A DNA stretch of 64,000 nt from Candidatus Oxydemutatoraceae bacterium (GCA_965220085.1 CBDCOZ010000003.1:1024001-1088000); one strand, 5' to 3'. Shown: positions 23,211-33,043, counted from the first letter of the stretch. Notes: a model not told the origin generated them from the sequence alone. Made by a program: numbers and translations.

Positions 23211-24824
23211 CTATCGCAACGGCCCTTCCAAGAAGAGGCGCAGGCGCAAGCGTATATCAACCCCCAGGTGGATGGTCATCGTATAGGTTTCTGTGCTGTC
23301 TGCGGCGCCATCGTGTACTGTGAAGGTGAAACTGGCGAAGTCGGAGGCGGCGCGGGCGCCAGTCGGGGGATACCAAGTGAAAGTGCCATCCTCCAGATTG
23401 GCAGCGGTCACCGAGGCGCCGTTGGCCACTGCGGTACCGCCATTGCGCAAGGTGCCGGTGCCGGGTGCTATGGTCTCAATGATGGTGATCGCGACCAAGG
23501 CCGCGTTGTTATCATCATCCATGAACGGGAAGTCGGAGACCTTGAAGACGAAGGGCTCGGCTGAGGTTGTGGTTGTGGGCACCTTCACCGAATTGTCGGC
23601 GCTGGTAGGGGCATCGTTGACATTGGCGATGATGTTGCCTGTGGTGCAGCGTCGCTCGCTGTTGGGCGGCGTGAAGTTGTCCTCAAAGGATACGCACACC
23701 CGCACAAACTTGTCGACATGCGCCTGCAACGGCGTGAAAGTGGCGGCGGTGGCCCCGCCAATATCGGCGTAGTTGGGGGGCGCGTCATTGCCCGGAGGAT
23801 CAGCCTGTTGCCATTGCCAGGCGATGGTGGAGCGGTTAATACCAGCATTTCCGTCTGCGACAGTGCCGGTGGTTGCGGTGTGGGTCACATCCTCGTTCCA
23901 GACTGTGCTACCCGCGGGTACCTCCACAGCGGGCAGACCGATGGCCTCCACCTGCGTCGTCGGCCACACCAGGTCTATGGTGATGGTGGCGGAATTGGAA
24001 CTGTCACCAACATCAAGGAAAGTGCCAGCCCGCACAGTGCGCACTCTGAAATCAAAGCTAGTATAGTTGGCCATGGGTGCAGTGACATCATCGGGAAGGA
24101 GGTAGGTCAGGCCCCTGAAAGGGCCTGAAGTTGTCAGACCTGCCTTGGACACTACCGTGTTTGGGGCAAGTACCCTGCTTGATCCCGCATGCAGAGTGCC
24201 TCTGGCGGGTACAGTGGTCAGAGTTATGCGCTCCAGAGTAGCATTGCTATCTTCATCGCTAAAGAGGAAGACATCATCAAACGGGAGTATATAGTAACCA
24301 CCCGTTATAGGCACAGAGATGGTGTTGGGTAGCGCAACCGGGTCATCATTGACATTGGCCACAGCGGTGGCTATCTGCAGGCATCGCTCCTCCTCATTGG
24401 GGGTGGTGGCCATATCCATGAACGACGCGCAGACCTGCAGAAACTTGCCCACCTCATCATCGCCCGGAGTGAATGCGGCATTGGTCGCGCCGGCTATGTC
24501 GGTGTAAGTGCCGCCGTTGGTGTTGGCCGCACTCCATTGCCAGCTGAGGGTGCCCAGGCCATCGGGGTCGGCTATGGTGCCCTGAGCCGCGGTGATGGCG
24601 GAGTCCTCAGTGGGGGTGTTGCCACTGGCGTAGGTGACGGCGGGTGTGCCGGTGGCCGGGCTGTTGGTCTGCGCCTGGGCCGGGTTTGCATACGGCAATG
24701 CAATCAGGGCGAGCAACATCAGCGACCACAGACTCCCGCGGATTCGTGTTGCCCACCATTGCGCGGGAGTCATATCGAAAATTTGACAGATCATATCTAC
24801 GGTTTTAATAACGACATGTTTCAT
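23211..24824 (-). CDS. Secreted Ig/cadherin-like repeat protein ending LRLRLFLEGPLR
   Basis: Hydrophobic signal ending AQA|Q; two WQW..YxDIxGAT..F.P..VCxSF modules alternate with two F.DxD..L..IT..GTL modules; start uncertain. Confidence 0.8.
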   Translation of the reverse strand: MKHVVIKTVDMICQIFDMTPAQWWATRIRGSLWSLMLLALIALPYANPAQAQTNSPATGTPAVTYASGNTPTEDSAITAAQGTIADPDGLGTLSWQWSAANTNGGTYTDIAGATNAAFTPGDDEVGKFLQVCASFMDMATTPNEEERCLQIATAVANVNDDPVALPNTISVPITGGYYILPFDDVFLFSDEDSNATLERITLTTVPARGTLHAGSSRVLAPNTVVSKAGLTTSGPFRGLTYLLPDDVTAPMANYTSFDFRVRTVRAGTFLDVGDSSNSATITIDLVWPTTQVEAIGLPAVEVPAGSTVWNEDVTHTATTGTVADGNAGINRSTIAWQWQQADPPGNDAPPNYADIGGATAATFTPLQAHVDKFVRVCVSFEDNFTPPNSERRCTTGNIIANVNDAPTSADNSVKVPTTTTSAEPFVFKVSDFPFMDDDNNAALVAITIIETIAPGTGTLRNGGTAVANGASVTAANLEDGTFTWYPPTGARAASDFASFTFTVHDGAADSTETYTMTIHLGVDIRLRLRLFLEGPLR

Positions 24825-24844
24825 GCATGCACGATTAGTGCCCT

Positions 24845-25080
24845 ACTATACCATAAAACGCGCGTCATCCGCTCATGTCTTTGTATCTTGCCGCATCCCT
24901 TGTGCGCACAGCACACGAACCCAATCGCCTTGGACCGCTCATGCCTTTGTATCCTGCCGCATCCCTTGTGCCTCCCCCTGACATTCCCTTCTCCCTGCGG
25001 GATATTCGCAATCGCCGTTTTACAACAGTTTCCGCTGTCGGGCGGACGAGTCGCATACGCAAGCCCCTATTCCGATTATG
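24845..25080 (-). promoter_or_regulatory. Conserved leader element upstream of the LEGPLR gene, ending in candidate extended -10 TGgTATAGT
   Basis: Shares GGGAATGTC.GGG...ACAAGG.AT...GGATAC with 28475-28645, 43021-43135 and 58671-58785; internal 37-bp direct repeat at 24869 and 24935. Confidence 0.6.
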
Positions 25081-25090
25081 CTTGATGGCT

Positions 25091-26013
25091 GCTTGATACC
25101 ATGACATGTCGGACACCCAGAGCAATATTGCGAGCCTCACGACCGCTTGAAGCTGTGACATGTCGGACACCCAGAGCAATATTGCGAGCCTCACGACCGC
25201 TTGAAGCTGTGACATGTCGGACACCTAGAGCAATGTTGTGTGCCTCACGACCACTTGAAGCCACGACACATCGGACACCTAGAGCAATGTTGTGTGCCTC
25301 ACGACCGCTTGAAGCCACGACACATCGGACACCTAGAGCAGTATCGTGTGCCTCATGGTTGCATGAAGCCACGACACATCGGACACCCAGAGCAACATTG
25401 TGCGCCTCACGTCCGCTTGAAGTCACGACATGCCGGACACCTAGAGCAATATCGTGTGCCTCACGGTTGCTTGAAGCCACGACACATCGGACACCTAGAG
25501 CAATATTGCGAGCCTCACGGACGCTTGAAGCTGTGACATGTCAGACACCCAGAGCAACATTGTGCGCCTCACGTCCGCTTGAAGTCACGACATGCCGGAC
25601 ACCTAGAGCAAACATTGTGTGCCTCACGGTTGCTTGAAGCCACGACACATCGGACACCCAGAGCAACATTGTGCGCCTCACGACCACTTGAAGCCGCGAC
25701 ACATCGGACACCCAGAGCAAACATGTGCCTCATGGCCGCTTGAAGCCACGACACATCGGACACCTAGAACAATACCGTGTGCCTCACGGCTGCTTGATGC
25801 CACGACACATCGGACACCTAGAGCAGTATCGTGTGCCTCATGGTTGCATGAAGCCACGACACATCGGATACCTAGAGCAAACATGTGCCTCACGACTGCT
25901 TGAAGCCACGACACATCGGACACCCAGAGCAAATGCTGTATGCCTCACGACCACTTGATGCCACGACACATCGGACACCTAGAGCAAACATGTGCCTCAC
26001 GGCTACTTGATGC
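25091..26013. repeat. Minisatellite, about 17 copies of a 52-55 bp (mostly 54 bp) unit
   Basis: Core TTGAAGCCACGACACATCGGACACCYAGAGCA recurs at 25111, 25165, 25219 and onward to 25973. Confidence 0.95.
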
Positions 26014-26283
26014 TTCGGTTCGCAGTGTGCTCCCTTCGTGGTGGTGTCAAACCATAACAGAATTCATGACAACTCGTGTTGATGTCGGCAAACCAAAATG
26101 TTTCCGGCATCATTCAGAAAAAATCACGCCGTGAATCGGCGCTATTAGACCGTTCGTCAGGCAATCAATGCCGCCTGTCTATGGGTTGATCGCGGTCGCC
26201 GAATGAGCGCTATTATCCGGCACGAAGGTTATTGACCATAACCTCTTAATTAGTATTATTATTACAACCCGGAGGGAATAATC

Positions 26284-27084
26284 ATGAAGAAACCAAAAAA
26301 TTTAAAAGCGGAAGATGCGGCGGTTGCTGCTTATGGCTCCGTCGAGAACTTGACCGACGCAGGCTTTGACAAGGAGAAAGCGCGCGCGATTGCCAGCGAT
26401 CTATCCGCACTGTTGCGCAGACACCTGAGCGCTCTGGCAACGAAAAGCGAATTTGCCGAGTTTGAATCAGCGATTAGAGAAAAAATTGCCGAGTTTGAAT
26501 CGGCGATTAGAGAAAAAATTGCCGAGTCTGAATCAGAGATTGGAGAAAAGTTTGCCGAGTTTAAATCAGAGATTGTAGAAAGACTTGCCGAGTTTGAATC
26601 AGCAATCAGAGAGGAACTTGCCCAGCATAGGTCGGAAATCAAAAAAGAAACAGATGAGTTGAAAGCAACAGTAACTAAGTTGCAAGTAACAGTAGCTGAG
26701 TTGAAAGTAATGATAGCCGAGTCCGGGGCAAAAACCCAAAAACAAATAGATGAGTTGAGAGTGCTGATAGCCGAGTCTGGGGCAAAAACACAAAAACAAA
26801 TAGATGAGTCCGGGGCAAAAACCCAAAAACAAATAGATGAGTTGAGAGTGCTGATAGCCGAGTCTGGGGCAAAAACACAAAAACAAATAGATGAGTTGAG
26901 AGTACTGATAGCCGAGTCCGGGGCAAAAACCCAAAAACAAATAGATGAGTCCGGGGCAAAAACACAAAAACAAATAGATGAGTTGAGAGTAATGATATCT
27001 GAGCACACAGCAAAAATCACAACTCTGTTCGTGATAGTCTCCCTTGGGTTAGCGGCTCTTGTTATTGCGGCGCTAACTATATAG
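26284..27084 (+). CDS. DUF1640/CCDC90-like membrane-anchored coiled-coil protein with internal repeats
   Basis: Head L..AGF..EKARAI, LATK neck, repeats AEFESAIREKI and AESGAKTQKQIDELRVLI, C-terminal TM helix; GGAGG RBS; AT-richer than its neighbours. Confidence 0.75.
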   Translation: MKKPKNLKAEDAAVAAYGSVENLTDAGFDKEKARAIASDLSALLRRHLSALATKSEFAEFESAIREKIAEFESAIREKIAESESEIGEKFAEFKSEIVERLAEFESAIREELAQHRSEIKKETDELKATVTKLQVTVAELKVMIAESGAKTQKQIDELRVLIAESGAKTQKQIDESGAKTQKQIDELRVLIAESGAKTQKQIDELRVLIAESGAKTQKQIDESGAKTQKQIDELRVMISEHTAKITTLFVIVSLGLAALVIAALTI

Positions 27085-27221
27085 TCTCCCTTGGGTTAGC
27101 GGCTCTTGTTATTGCGGCGCTAACTATATAGTCTCCCTTGGGTTAGCGGCTCTTGTTATTGCGGCGCTAACTATATAGTCTCCCTTGGGTTAGCGGCTCT
27201 TGTTATTGCGATGCTATCTAT
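27034..27221. repeat. Tandem array (4 x 47 bp) of the 3' end of the coiled-coil gene
   Basis: ATAGTCTCCCTTGGGTTAGCGGCTC at 27034, 27081, 27128 and 27175. Confidence 0.96.
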
Positions 27222-27355
27222 ATTTATTGCACTCTCCGCTTAGGCCTGTGCCGTATCTTGTTCGCGCCGACAGAGAGGGGGCATGTTTCACAGACAGCGC
27301 TCCCTCTCCGGCGTAGCGCAACTGCGCCGACTCTCCCTCGCGGGGAGCGCTCGCG

Positions 27356-27397
27356 CTATCGCAACGGGCATTCAAGGAAGAGGCGCAGCCGCAACTG
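27356..27397 (-). pseudogene. Orphan decayed tail of a LEGPLR-family gene (QLRLRLFLECPLR*)
   Basis: Reverse complement cag ttg cgg ctg cgc ctc ttc ctt gaa tgc ccg ttg cga tag, followed by CGCGAGCGC.CCCCGCG as after 43020 and 58670. Confidence 0.85.
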
Positions 27398-27408
27398 TGC
27401 GGCGGATT

Positions 27409-28314
27409 TCAAGGTCTGCGTTCCCCGTCCATCCACGACAGATCCCGGGATATGACAAGTTCGGTCATGGTTGCGTGGCGGGTGTTTTTCATCGCCACGG
27501 GTCGGGATTCAAAGCCGTATTTGTCGACCAGTTGCCGCACCTCATCGGCATTGTTGTAGGTCATCACGAAGTCGCCGGGCAATTCGGCGCAGAGCGCGAA
27601 CAGCCTGTCATGGTCCAAGCTGTGGTGCGTATACAGGCGGCTACCGGCGTTTTTGCCGCCGACGGTGTATGGCGGGTCTGTGAAGAATGCCGCATCGCCA
27701 TCGCCCATATGGCGGCGGATGCAGGCCATGGCATCGCCATGCTCAAAGCGCAGGCAATGGCGCGCGCGGTCTATGGCGCACAGCCTTTTGGCCAGAGTCT
27801 GCGGATACCATCCGGACATCAGCCCTCTGCCGCCTTCGCCGGTTTTTATCAGCCCGGAGCCACCGGCCAATATGCCGCCGCGCAGGGTGCGATTGCGCAC
27901 TATGGTCTGGAAGGCGCGTTCCCTGACGGAGCCGGGTTGTGCGGATATGACTGCGGTGACCGCATCTCTGGACATCTCAAATGACAGTATGCGCCGGGCC
28001 AGCCATTCGGCATCGCCCGCCATCAGCGTCTGCCAGACCGCCGCTACCGCATCGTCCAGCTCCACCATCAGGGCGCGCCCGGTCAGGCCCTCAAACACCG
28101 CTGTCAGCGAGATGATGCCGCCCCCGGCAAAAGGTTCCACCAGCAATGCCGGCCGCGCCCGACGACCGCCCAGCCATTGCCGCAAGCGCGGCACAAACCA
28201 GGTCTTGCCGCCCGCATAGCGAAAGGGGCTGCGATGCGGCACAGATGCCACATTCACAGGATTGGCAGATACGGAATCCGCATGCGCACCGGCAAAAAGG
28301 GCGACTTGTTGCAT
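27409..28314 (-). CDS. D12-class (Dam-family) N6-adenine DNA methyltransferase
   Basis: SPFRYAGGKTW, EPFAGGG (motif I), DPPY (motif IV), ELVI. Confidence 0.92.
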   Translation of the reverse strand: MQQVALFAGAHADSVSANPVNVASVPHRSPFRYAGGKTWFVPRLRQWLGGRRARPALLVEPFAGGGIISLTAVFEGLTGRALMVELDDAVAAVWQTLMAGDAEWLARRILSFEMSRDAVTAVISAQPGSVRERAFQTIVRNRTLRGGILAGGSGLIKTGEGGRGLMSGWYPQTLAKRLCAIDRARHCLRFEHGDAMACIRRHMGDGDAAFFTDPPYTVGGKNAGSRLYTHHSLDHDRLFALCAELPGDFVMTYNNADEVRQLVDKYGFESRPVAMKNTRHATMTELVISRDLSWMDGERRP

Positions 28315-28316
28315 AG

Positions 28317-28478
28317 TTAATTGCCTCCCAGAGGGGAATCCATGCGCTTGTTCACAGGTTCGGCTTCCAACTTCTCGTCCGCTTTGGCTTGCAAGGTATC
28401 AACAAACACATCCATTTTGCCCACTTTTGGCCGGGTTATGCCACGCAGAGCGGCATCAAATTTTGTATACAGAATCAT
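28317..28478 (-). pseudogene. Probable C-terminal remnant of the cognate restriction endonuclease (recalled resemblance to NotI-family C-termini)
   Basis: 53-aa frame YTKFDAAL..IT.P..G.M..F...LQ.K.DE.LE stops 2 bp before the MTase start; the family call is from memory and unverified. Confidence 0.4.
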
Positions 28479-28645
28479 AAAGCGCGAGCCATCCGCAATG
28501 TCTTGGGTATCCGGTCTCGCCCCTGTATCCCTTGTATGCCCCCCGACATTCCCTTTCCGCCGGCGGGACATTCGCAATCGCCGTTTTACAACGGTTTCCG
28601 TTGTCGGCGGGCGGGGCGCGTACGCATGCCCCTCTTCCGATTATG
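28475..28645 (-). repeat. Second copy of the leader element
   Basis: GACATTCCCTT...TTCGCAATCGCCGTTTTACAAC.GTTTCCG.TGTCGG...GCCCCT.TTCCGATTATG is shared with about 24950-25080. Confidence 0.85.
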
Positions 28646-28705
28646 TATCCGCGACCCTATCATGCTAATATAGAGGGCATATCATCCGACAGAAACCCTT
28701 CTCTC

Positions 28706-29710
28706 ATGACAGACAGCACTCAGCCGTCGCTTCATACGTTGCAGAATATCGATGCGGAAGCTTGCGCGCCTTCTTTGCGCGACGATGTGTTGCAAGGGCT
28801 TTTCGCCGATCAAAAAACGTTGCCGTCAAAATACTTCTATGACGAGAAGGGTATGCGGATATTCGCGCGGATTTGTCAGTCGGACGAATACTATCTGACC
28901 CGCGCCGAGAACCGAATGTTGAAGGAGAAGGCCGCGGCGATCATCGCTTCCGCACAACCTCAGAATATCATTGAGTTGGGCAGCGGCTCATCGGACAAGA
29001 TACGCTTTTTTCTGGACGCTTGCGGTCGGCGCAACATACGCTGCAAGTATTGGCCGTTGGATGTGTGTTCGGAAGCGCTGGCGACGATGACCGGCATCTT
29101 GGCGGCGGAGTACCCGTGGTTGCGTATCAACGCTTTGGTCGGAGATTACGGCAATGGCTTGGAGGCCGTCGGCCTGCCGCAAAACGAGCGCAATCTGGCG
29201 CTGTTTATGGGCAGTACGATCGGCAATCTGACCCATCCTCAGGCGGTTTCCTTTTTGCGCCGGATTCGGCTCTTGGTCGGCGCGCAAGGGCGGTTGTTGG
29301 TCGGCATGGATCGGGTGAAAGATGTCGCGACGCTGACCGCCGCGTATAACGACGCGCAGGGTTTGACCGCGCAATTCAACATGAACATTCTTGAAGTGCT
29401 GAATGGTCGCATGGGGGCGAACTTTGAAGCGGACAAGTTTGAGCACCGCGCGGTGTATAACGAATCGCAAAGCCGGATAGAGATGCACCTTGTTTCAAAG
29501 GAAGAGCAGAGCGTGTATTTTGAAAGTTTGGACAAGCGCCTCGCTCTGCGGCGGGACGAAACGATTCGCACCGAGATCAGTCGCAAATTTTGCGATGACG
29601 AAATTGAATCGTTGCTGAGCGAAAGCGGATTTGCGTTTGAGCGACACTATGTGTCCGATAACGGTTATTTTTCTTTGGCGCTGGCCAAGAATGCGGGGGA
29701 GGAGGCTTGA
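28706..29710 (+). CDS. egtD: L-histidine N-alpha-trimethyltransferase
   Basis: KTLPSKYFYDEKG, EYYLTRAE, ELGSG, GSTIGN, AYNDAQG, RIEMHL, TEISRKF. Confidence 0.95.
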   Translation: MTDSTQPSLHTLQNIDAEACAPSLRDDVLQGLFADQKTLPSKYFYDEKGMRIFARICQSDEYYLTRAENRMLKEKAAAIIASAQPQNIIELGSGSSDKIRFFLDACGRRNIRCKYWPLDVCSEALATMTGILAAEYPWLRINALVGDYGNGLEAVGLPQNERNLALFMGSTIGNLTHPQAVSFLRRIRLLVGAQGRLLVGMDRVKDVATLTAAYNDAQGLTAQFNMNILEVLNGRMGANFEADKFEHRAVYNESQSRIEMHLVSKEEQSVYFESLDKRLALRRDETIRTEISRKFCDDEIESLLSESGFAFERHYVSDNGYFSLALAKNAGEEA

Positions 29711-29711
29711 G

Positions 29712-30410
29712 ATGGCCGAAGTGCTTGTCGTCGATGATGATCCGTCCATATGCGATATGCTTTGCTTCTTGTTGGGCAGCGAAGGGTATCGGGTGCGCAA
29801 GGCGTATGACGCTCGCGAGGCGTTGCGGCGCGTCGGAGAAAAGGTTCCGGATCTCGTGCTGGTCGATTGGATGATGCCCGGCATGAACGGGGTTGAGTTG
29901 ATTCGCTGTTTGCGCTCCGAGCCGACCACACGGCGGTTGCCGATCATCATGCTCACCGCCAAAGACAGCGAGAGCGACAAAGTCGAAGGGCTGGTCGTCG
30001 GCGCCGATGACTATATCCTGAAGCCGTTTTCCAATCGCGAACTGTGCGCGCGTGTCAAAGCCCTTTTGCGCCGCGCCAAGCCGCACAAGACGCAAGAGAA
30101 AGTCGTCTGCAAAGACATGACCCTGGACCCGCAGTTGCATAGCGTCAATATCAACGGGGAGGATATTGTCATCCCGGCGACAGAGTTTCGTTTGTTGCAC
30201 TTCTTGACCGCCCACGAAGGCCTGGTATTTTCCCGCCGCCAGTTGTTGGACGGCGTTTGGGGCACGGAGAGATTTGTCGAGGATCGCACGGTCGATGTGC
30301 AGGTCGGCAGGTTGCGCAAAACATTGGCGCAGAACGGCAAGCGGCATATCGCCCAAAAGGTTCGGACTATCAGGGGCATCGGTTACAGTTATCGCGGCGA
30401 TGGCGCTTGA
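29712..30410 (+). CDS. phoB: Phosphate regulon response regulator
   Basis: DWMMPG, PIIMLTAK, GADDYILKPFS, RTVDVQVGRLRK, TIRGIGY; next to phoR and pst. Confidence 0.9.
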   Translation: MAEVLVVDDDPSICDMLCFLLGSEGYRVRKAYDAREALRRVGEKVPDLVLVDWMMPGMNGVELIRCLRSEPTTRRLPIIMLTAKDSESDKVEGLVVGADDYILKPFSNRELCARVKALLRRAKPHKTQEKVVCKDMTLDPQLHSVNINGEDIVIPATEFRLLHFLTAHEGLVFSRRQLLDGVWGTERFVEDRTVDVQVGRLRKTLAQNGKRHIAQKVRTIRGIGYSYRGDGA

Positions 30411-30460
30411 AGCAACGATGCCTCTTGCCAATCGGCTATGATGTTTGCCACCGCTTTGTT

Positions 30461-31564
30461 ATGAAAATTCTCTCGCATTTGCGGCAGCGGTTTGCATTGC
30501 CGTCGGAAGATGTTCCCGCCTCCGGCGGGCGGGATGCGGCGGCGCTTGATCGCGAGCTGTTATTGGTTGCCGGTCTTGAATCGGCGGGCGACGGTTGCGG
30601 CCTGATTCTGGTCAAAGACAAGGGCAACATCGTCTGGTTTAATGAGCCGAGTCGCCGCTGGTTTGCTTTGTCCCGGGCGCGGGATATAGGCGAGAACATT
30701 ACCCATCTGATTCGCAACCCGACATTCTTGGAACGCTTTAAGCAAGGAAACTTTGGCGAGATGATGATATTCAGAGAGATTAACCCCGGTCTGAGCGCGG
30801 GCATCAGCATCTTGCCGTGGAGCGCCGATTACCGGTTGATCATCGTCCATGATTTTTCTCAGCGGCAGAGGCTTGAGGACTCCGGTCGCGAGATCATGGC
30901 GAATCTGTCGCACGAGTTGCGTTCTCCGTTGACGGTGATCAAGGGCTATCTCGATACCCTGAGTACGATCTATGACAGCGGCAAAGACAAGGATATTTCC
31001 GCCGCGCTCCGCAACATGCTCAAGCAGTGCGTGCGGATGCAGCAGTTGGTCGAGGATACCTTGTTGCTCGGACGCTTGGAAACGAGCGAGGTGCGCGCGG
31101 ATGAACTTGAGACGGTGGACATTCCGCTGCTTGTCGACGGCCTGACCGGCGACTTGCAAGAAGTGTGGCCGGGGCGGGAGATTGAGATCAGCGGCGAGAG
31201 GCATAGCATGAATTGCATCCGCGCCGACATATACAGCGTGCTGAGCAATCTGCTGAGCAACGCGCTCAACTATTCTGGCGCCGACAGCACGGTGCGATTG
31301 GAGTGGCACACACGGGACGACGGTTTTTATTTTGCTGTGACGGATCGGGGAATCGGGATTGAGGCGACACATATCCCGTACCTGAGCGAGAGGTTTTACC
31401 GCGTGGACAAAGCGCGGTCAAACGCTACCGGCGGCGTCGGTCTGGGCTTGGCAATCGTCGCCCGCACCCTCGACCGTTACGGCGCTCGGCTCAGAATCGA
31501 CAGCGAATACGGCGTCGGCAGCACCTTCTCGTGCATCTTTCCGCGCGAGCATATCGTCCGCTGA
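30461..31564 (+). CDS. phoR: Phosphate regulon sensor kinase (no obvious TM segment)
   Basis: PAS-like IVWFN..HLIRNPTF, SHELRSPLTVIKGY, NLLSNA, ERFYRVDKARS, GLGLAIV; alternative TTG start at 30407. Confidence 0.88.
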   Translation: MKILSHLRQRFALPSEDVPASGGRDAAALDRELLLVAGLESAGDGCGLILVKDKGNIVWFNEPSRRWFALSRARDIGENITHLIRNPTFLERFKQGNFGEMMIFREINPGLSAGISILPWSADYRLIIVHDFSQRQRLEDSGREIMANLSHELRSPLTVIKGYLDTLSTIYDSGKDKDISAALRNMLKQCVRMQQLVEDTLLLGRLETSEVRADELETVDIPLLVDGLTGDLQEVWPGREIEISGERHSMNCIRADIYSVLSNLLSNALNYSGADSTVRLEWHTRDDGFYFAVTDRGIGIEATHIPYLSERFYRVDKARSNATGGVGLGLAIVARTLDRYGARLRIDSEYGVGSTFSCIFPREHIVR

Positions 31565-32199
31565 CGGCGCATAGAATCGCCGGCGGCGTCGGTTTGCGCT
31601 TGGCAATCGTCGCCCGCACCCTCGACCGCTACGGCGCTCGGCTCAGAATCGACAGCGAATACGGCGTCGGCAGCACCTTCTCGCGCATCTTTCCGCGCGA
31701 GCATATCGTCCGCTGACGGCGCATAGAATCGCCGGCGGCGTCGGTTTGGGCTTGGCAATCGTCGCCCGCACCCTCGACCGTTACGGCGCTCGGCTCAGAA
31801 TCGACAGCGAATACGGCGTCGGCAGCGCCTTCTCGCGCATCTTTCCGCGCGAGCATATCGTCCGCTGACGGCGCATAGAATCGCCGGCGGCGTCGGTCTG
31901 GGCTTGGCAATCGTCGCCCGAACCCTCGACCGCTACGGCGCTCGGCTCAGAATTGACAGCGAATACGGCGTCGGCAGCGCCTTCTCGCGCATCTTTCCGC
32001 GCGAGCATATCGTCCGCTGACGGCGCATAGAATCGCCGGCGGCGTCGGTCTGGGCTTGGCAATCGTCGCCCGAACCCTCGACCGTTACGGCGCTCGGCTC
32101 AGAATCGACAGCGAATACGGCGTCGGCAACACCTTCTCGCGCATCTTTCCGCGCGAGCATATCGTCCGCTGACGGCGCATAGAATCGCCGGCGGCGTCG
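31428..32199. repeat. Tandem array (5 x 152 bp) of the phoR 3' end including its stop codon
   Basis: CCGGCGGCGTCG at 31428, 31580, 31732, 31884, 32036 and a terminal copy at 32188. Confidence 0.97.
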
Positions 32200-32201
32200 C
32201 T

Positions 32202-33014
32202 TCAGCCAAATCTCCCGGTGATGTAGTCTTCGGTCAACTTGTGCTTGGGATTGGTAAATAGGTTCTGGGTATAGCCGACCTCGACCAAATAACCCAGGTG
32301 GAAGTAAGCCGTGCGCTGGGAGACCCGGGCGGCTTGTTGCATGGAGTGGGTGACGATGACGATCGCATAGTTTCTTCTCAACTCGTCTATCAATTCTTCT
32401 ATCCGCGCCGTTGCAATCGGGTCCAGCGCGGAACAGGGTTCGTCCATCAAAATCACTTCGGGGTTGATGGCGATGGCCCGGGCGATGCACAGGCGTTGTT
32501 GCTGCCCGCCGGACAGACTGAGGCCCGAGTCGTTTATATTGTCTTTGACTTCTTCCCACAGTCCGGCTTTTTGCAAACTGGTTTCCACAATCCCGTCCAA
32601 CTCGGAGCGCGAATCTGTCAAGCCGTGGATGCGCACGCCGTAGGCGACATTGTCGTAGATCGATTTCGGGAAAGGGGTCGGCTTCTGGAACACCATGCCG
32701 ACGCGGGCGCGCAACTCGACGATGTCGATCTCCTTGCTGTTGATGTCTTTGCCATCCAGAGTGATTCGGCCGCTTACCTTGCAGTCGTGAATGGTGTCGT
32801 TCATGCGGTTGAAGCAACGCAGGAAAGTGGATTTGCCGCAGCCGGAAGGTCCGATCATGGCCAGCACCTCATGGTTTTTTATCTTGATGCTGACGTCTTT
32901 GATGGCGTGTTTCTTGCCGTAGCGAACATGGATGCGCTCCGCTGTCATATACGGGTTGCCGACTTCGGTGGAGTCTATGGTGCGGAAGTTTTCCAAATTG
33001 GTTTGCAGTGTCAT
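32202..33014 (-). CDS. pstB: Phosphate ABC transporter ATP-binding protein
   Basis: [49 protein letters not shown]. Confidence 0.97.
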   Translation of the reverse strand: MTLQTNLENFRTIDSTEVGNPYMTAERIHVRYGKKHAIKDVSIKIKNHEVLAMIGPSGCGKSTFLRCFNRMNDTIHDCKVSGRITLDGKDINSKEIDIVELRARVGMVFQKPTPFPKSIYDNVAYGVRIHGLTDSRSELDGIVETSLQKAGLWEEVKDNINDSGLSLSGGQQQRLCIARAIAINPEVILMDEPCSALDPIATARIEELIDELRRNYAIVIVTHSMQQAARVSQRTAYFHLGYLVEVGYTQNLFTNPKHKLTEDYITGRFG

Positions 33015-33043
33015 GGCGTCGGGTTTGAGCAGGAAATGTCGAA

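Noticed and set aside
25091-26013. CRISPR array
   Set aside because: The would-be spacers are about 22 bp, mutually homologous and repeated; no cas genes in the window
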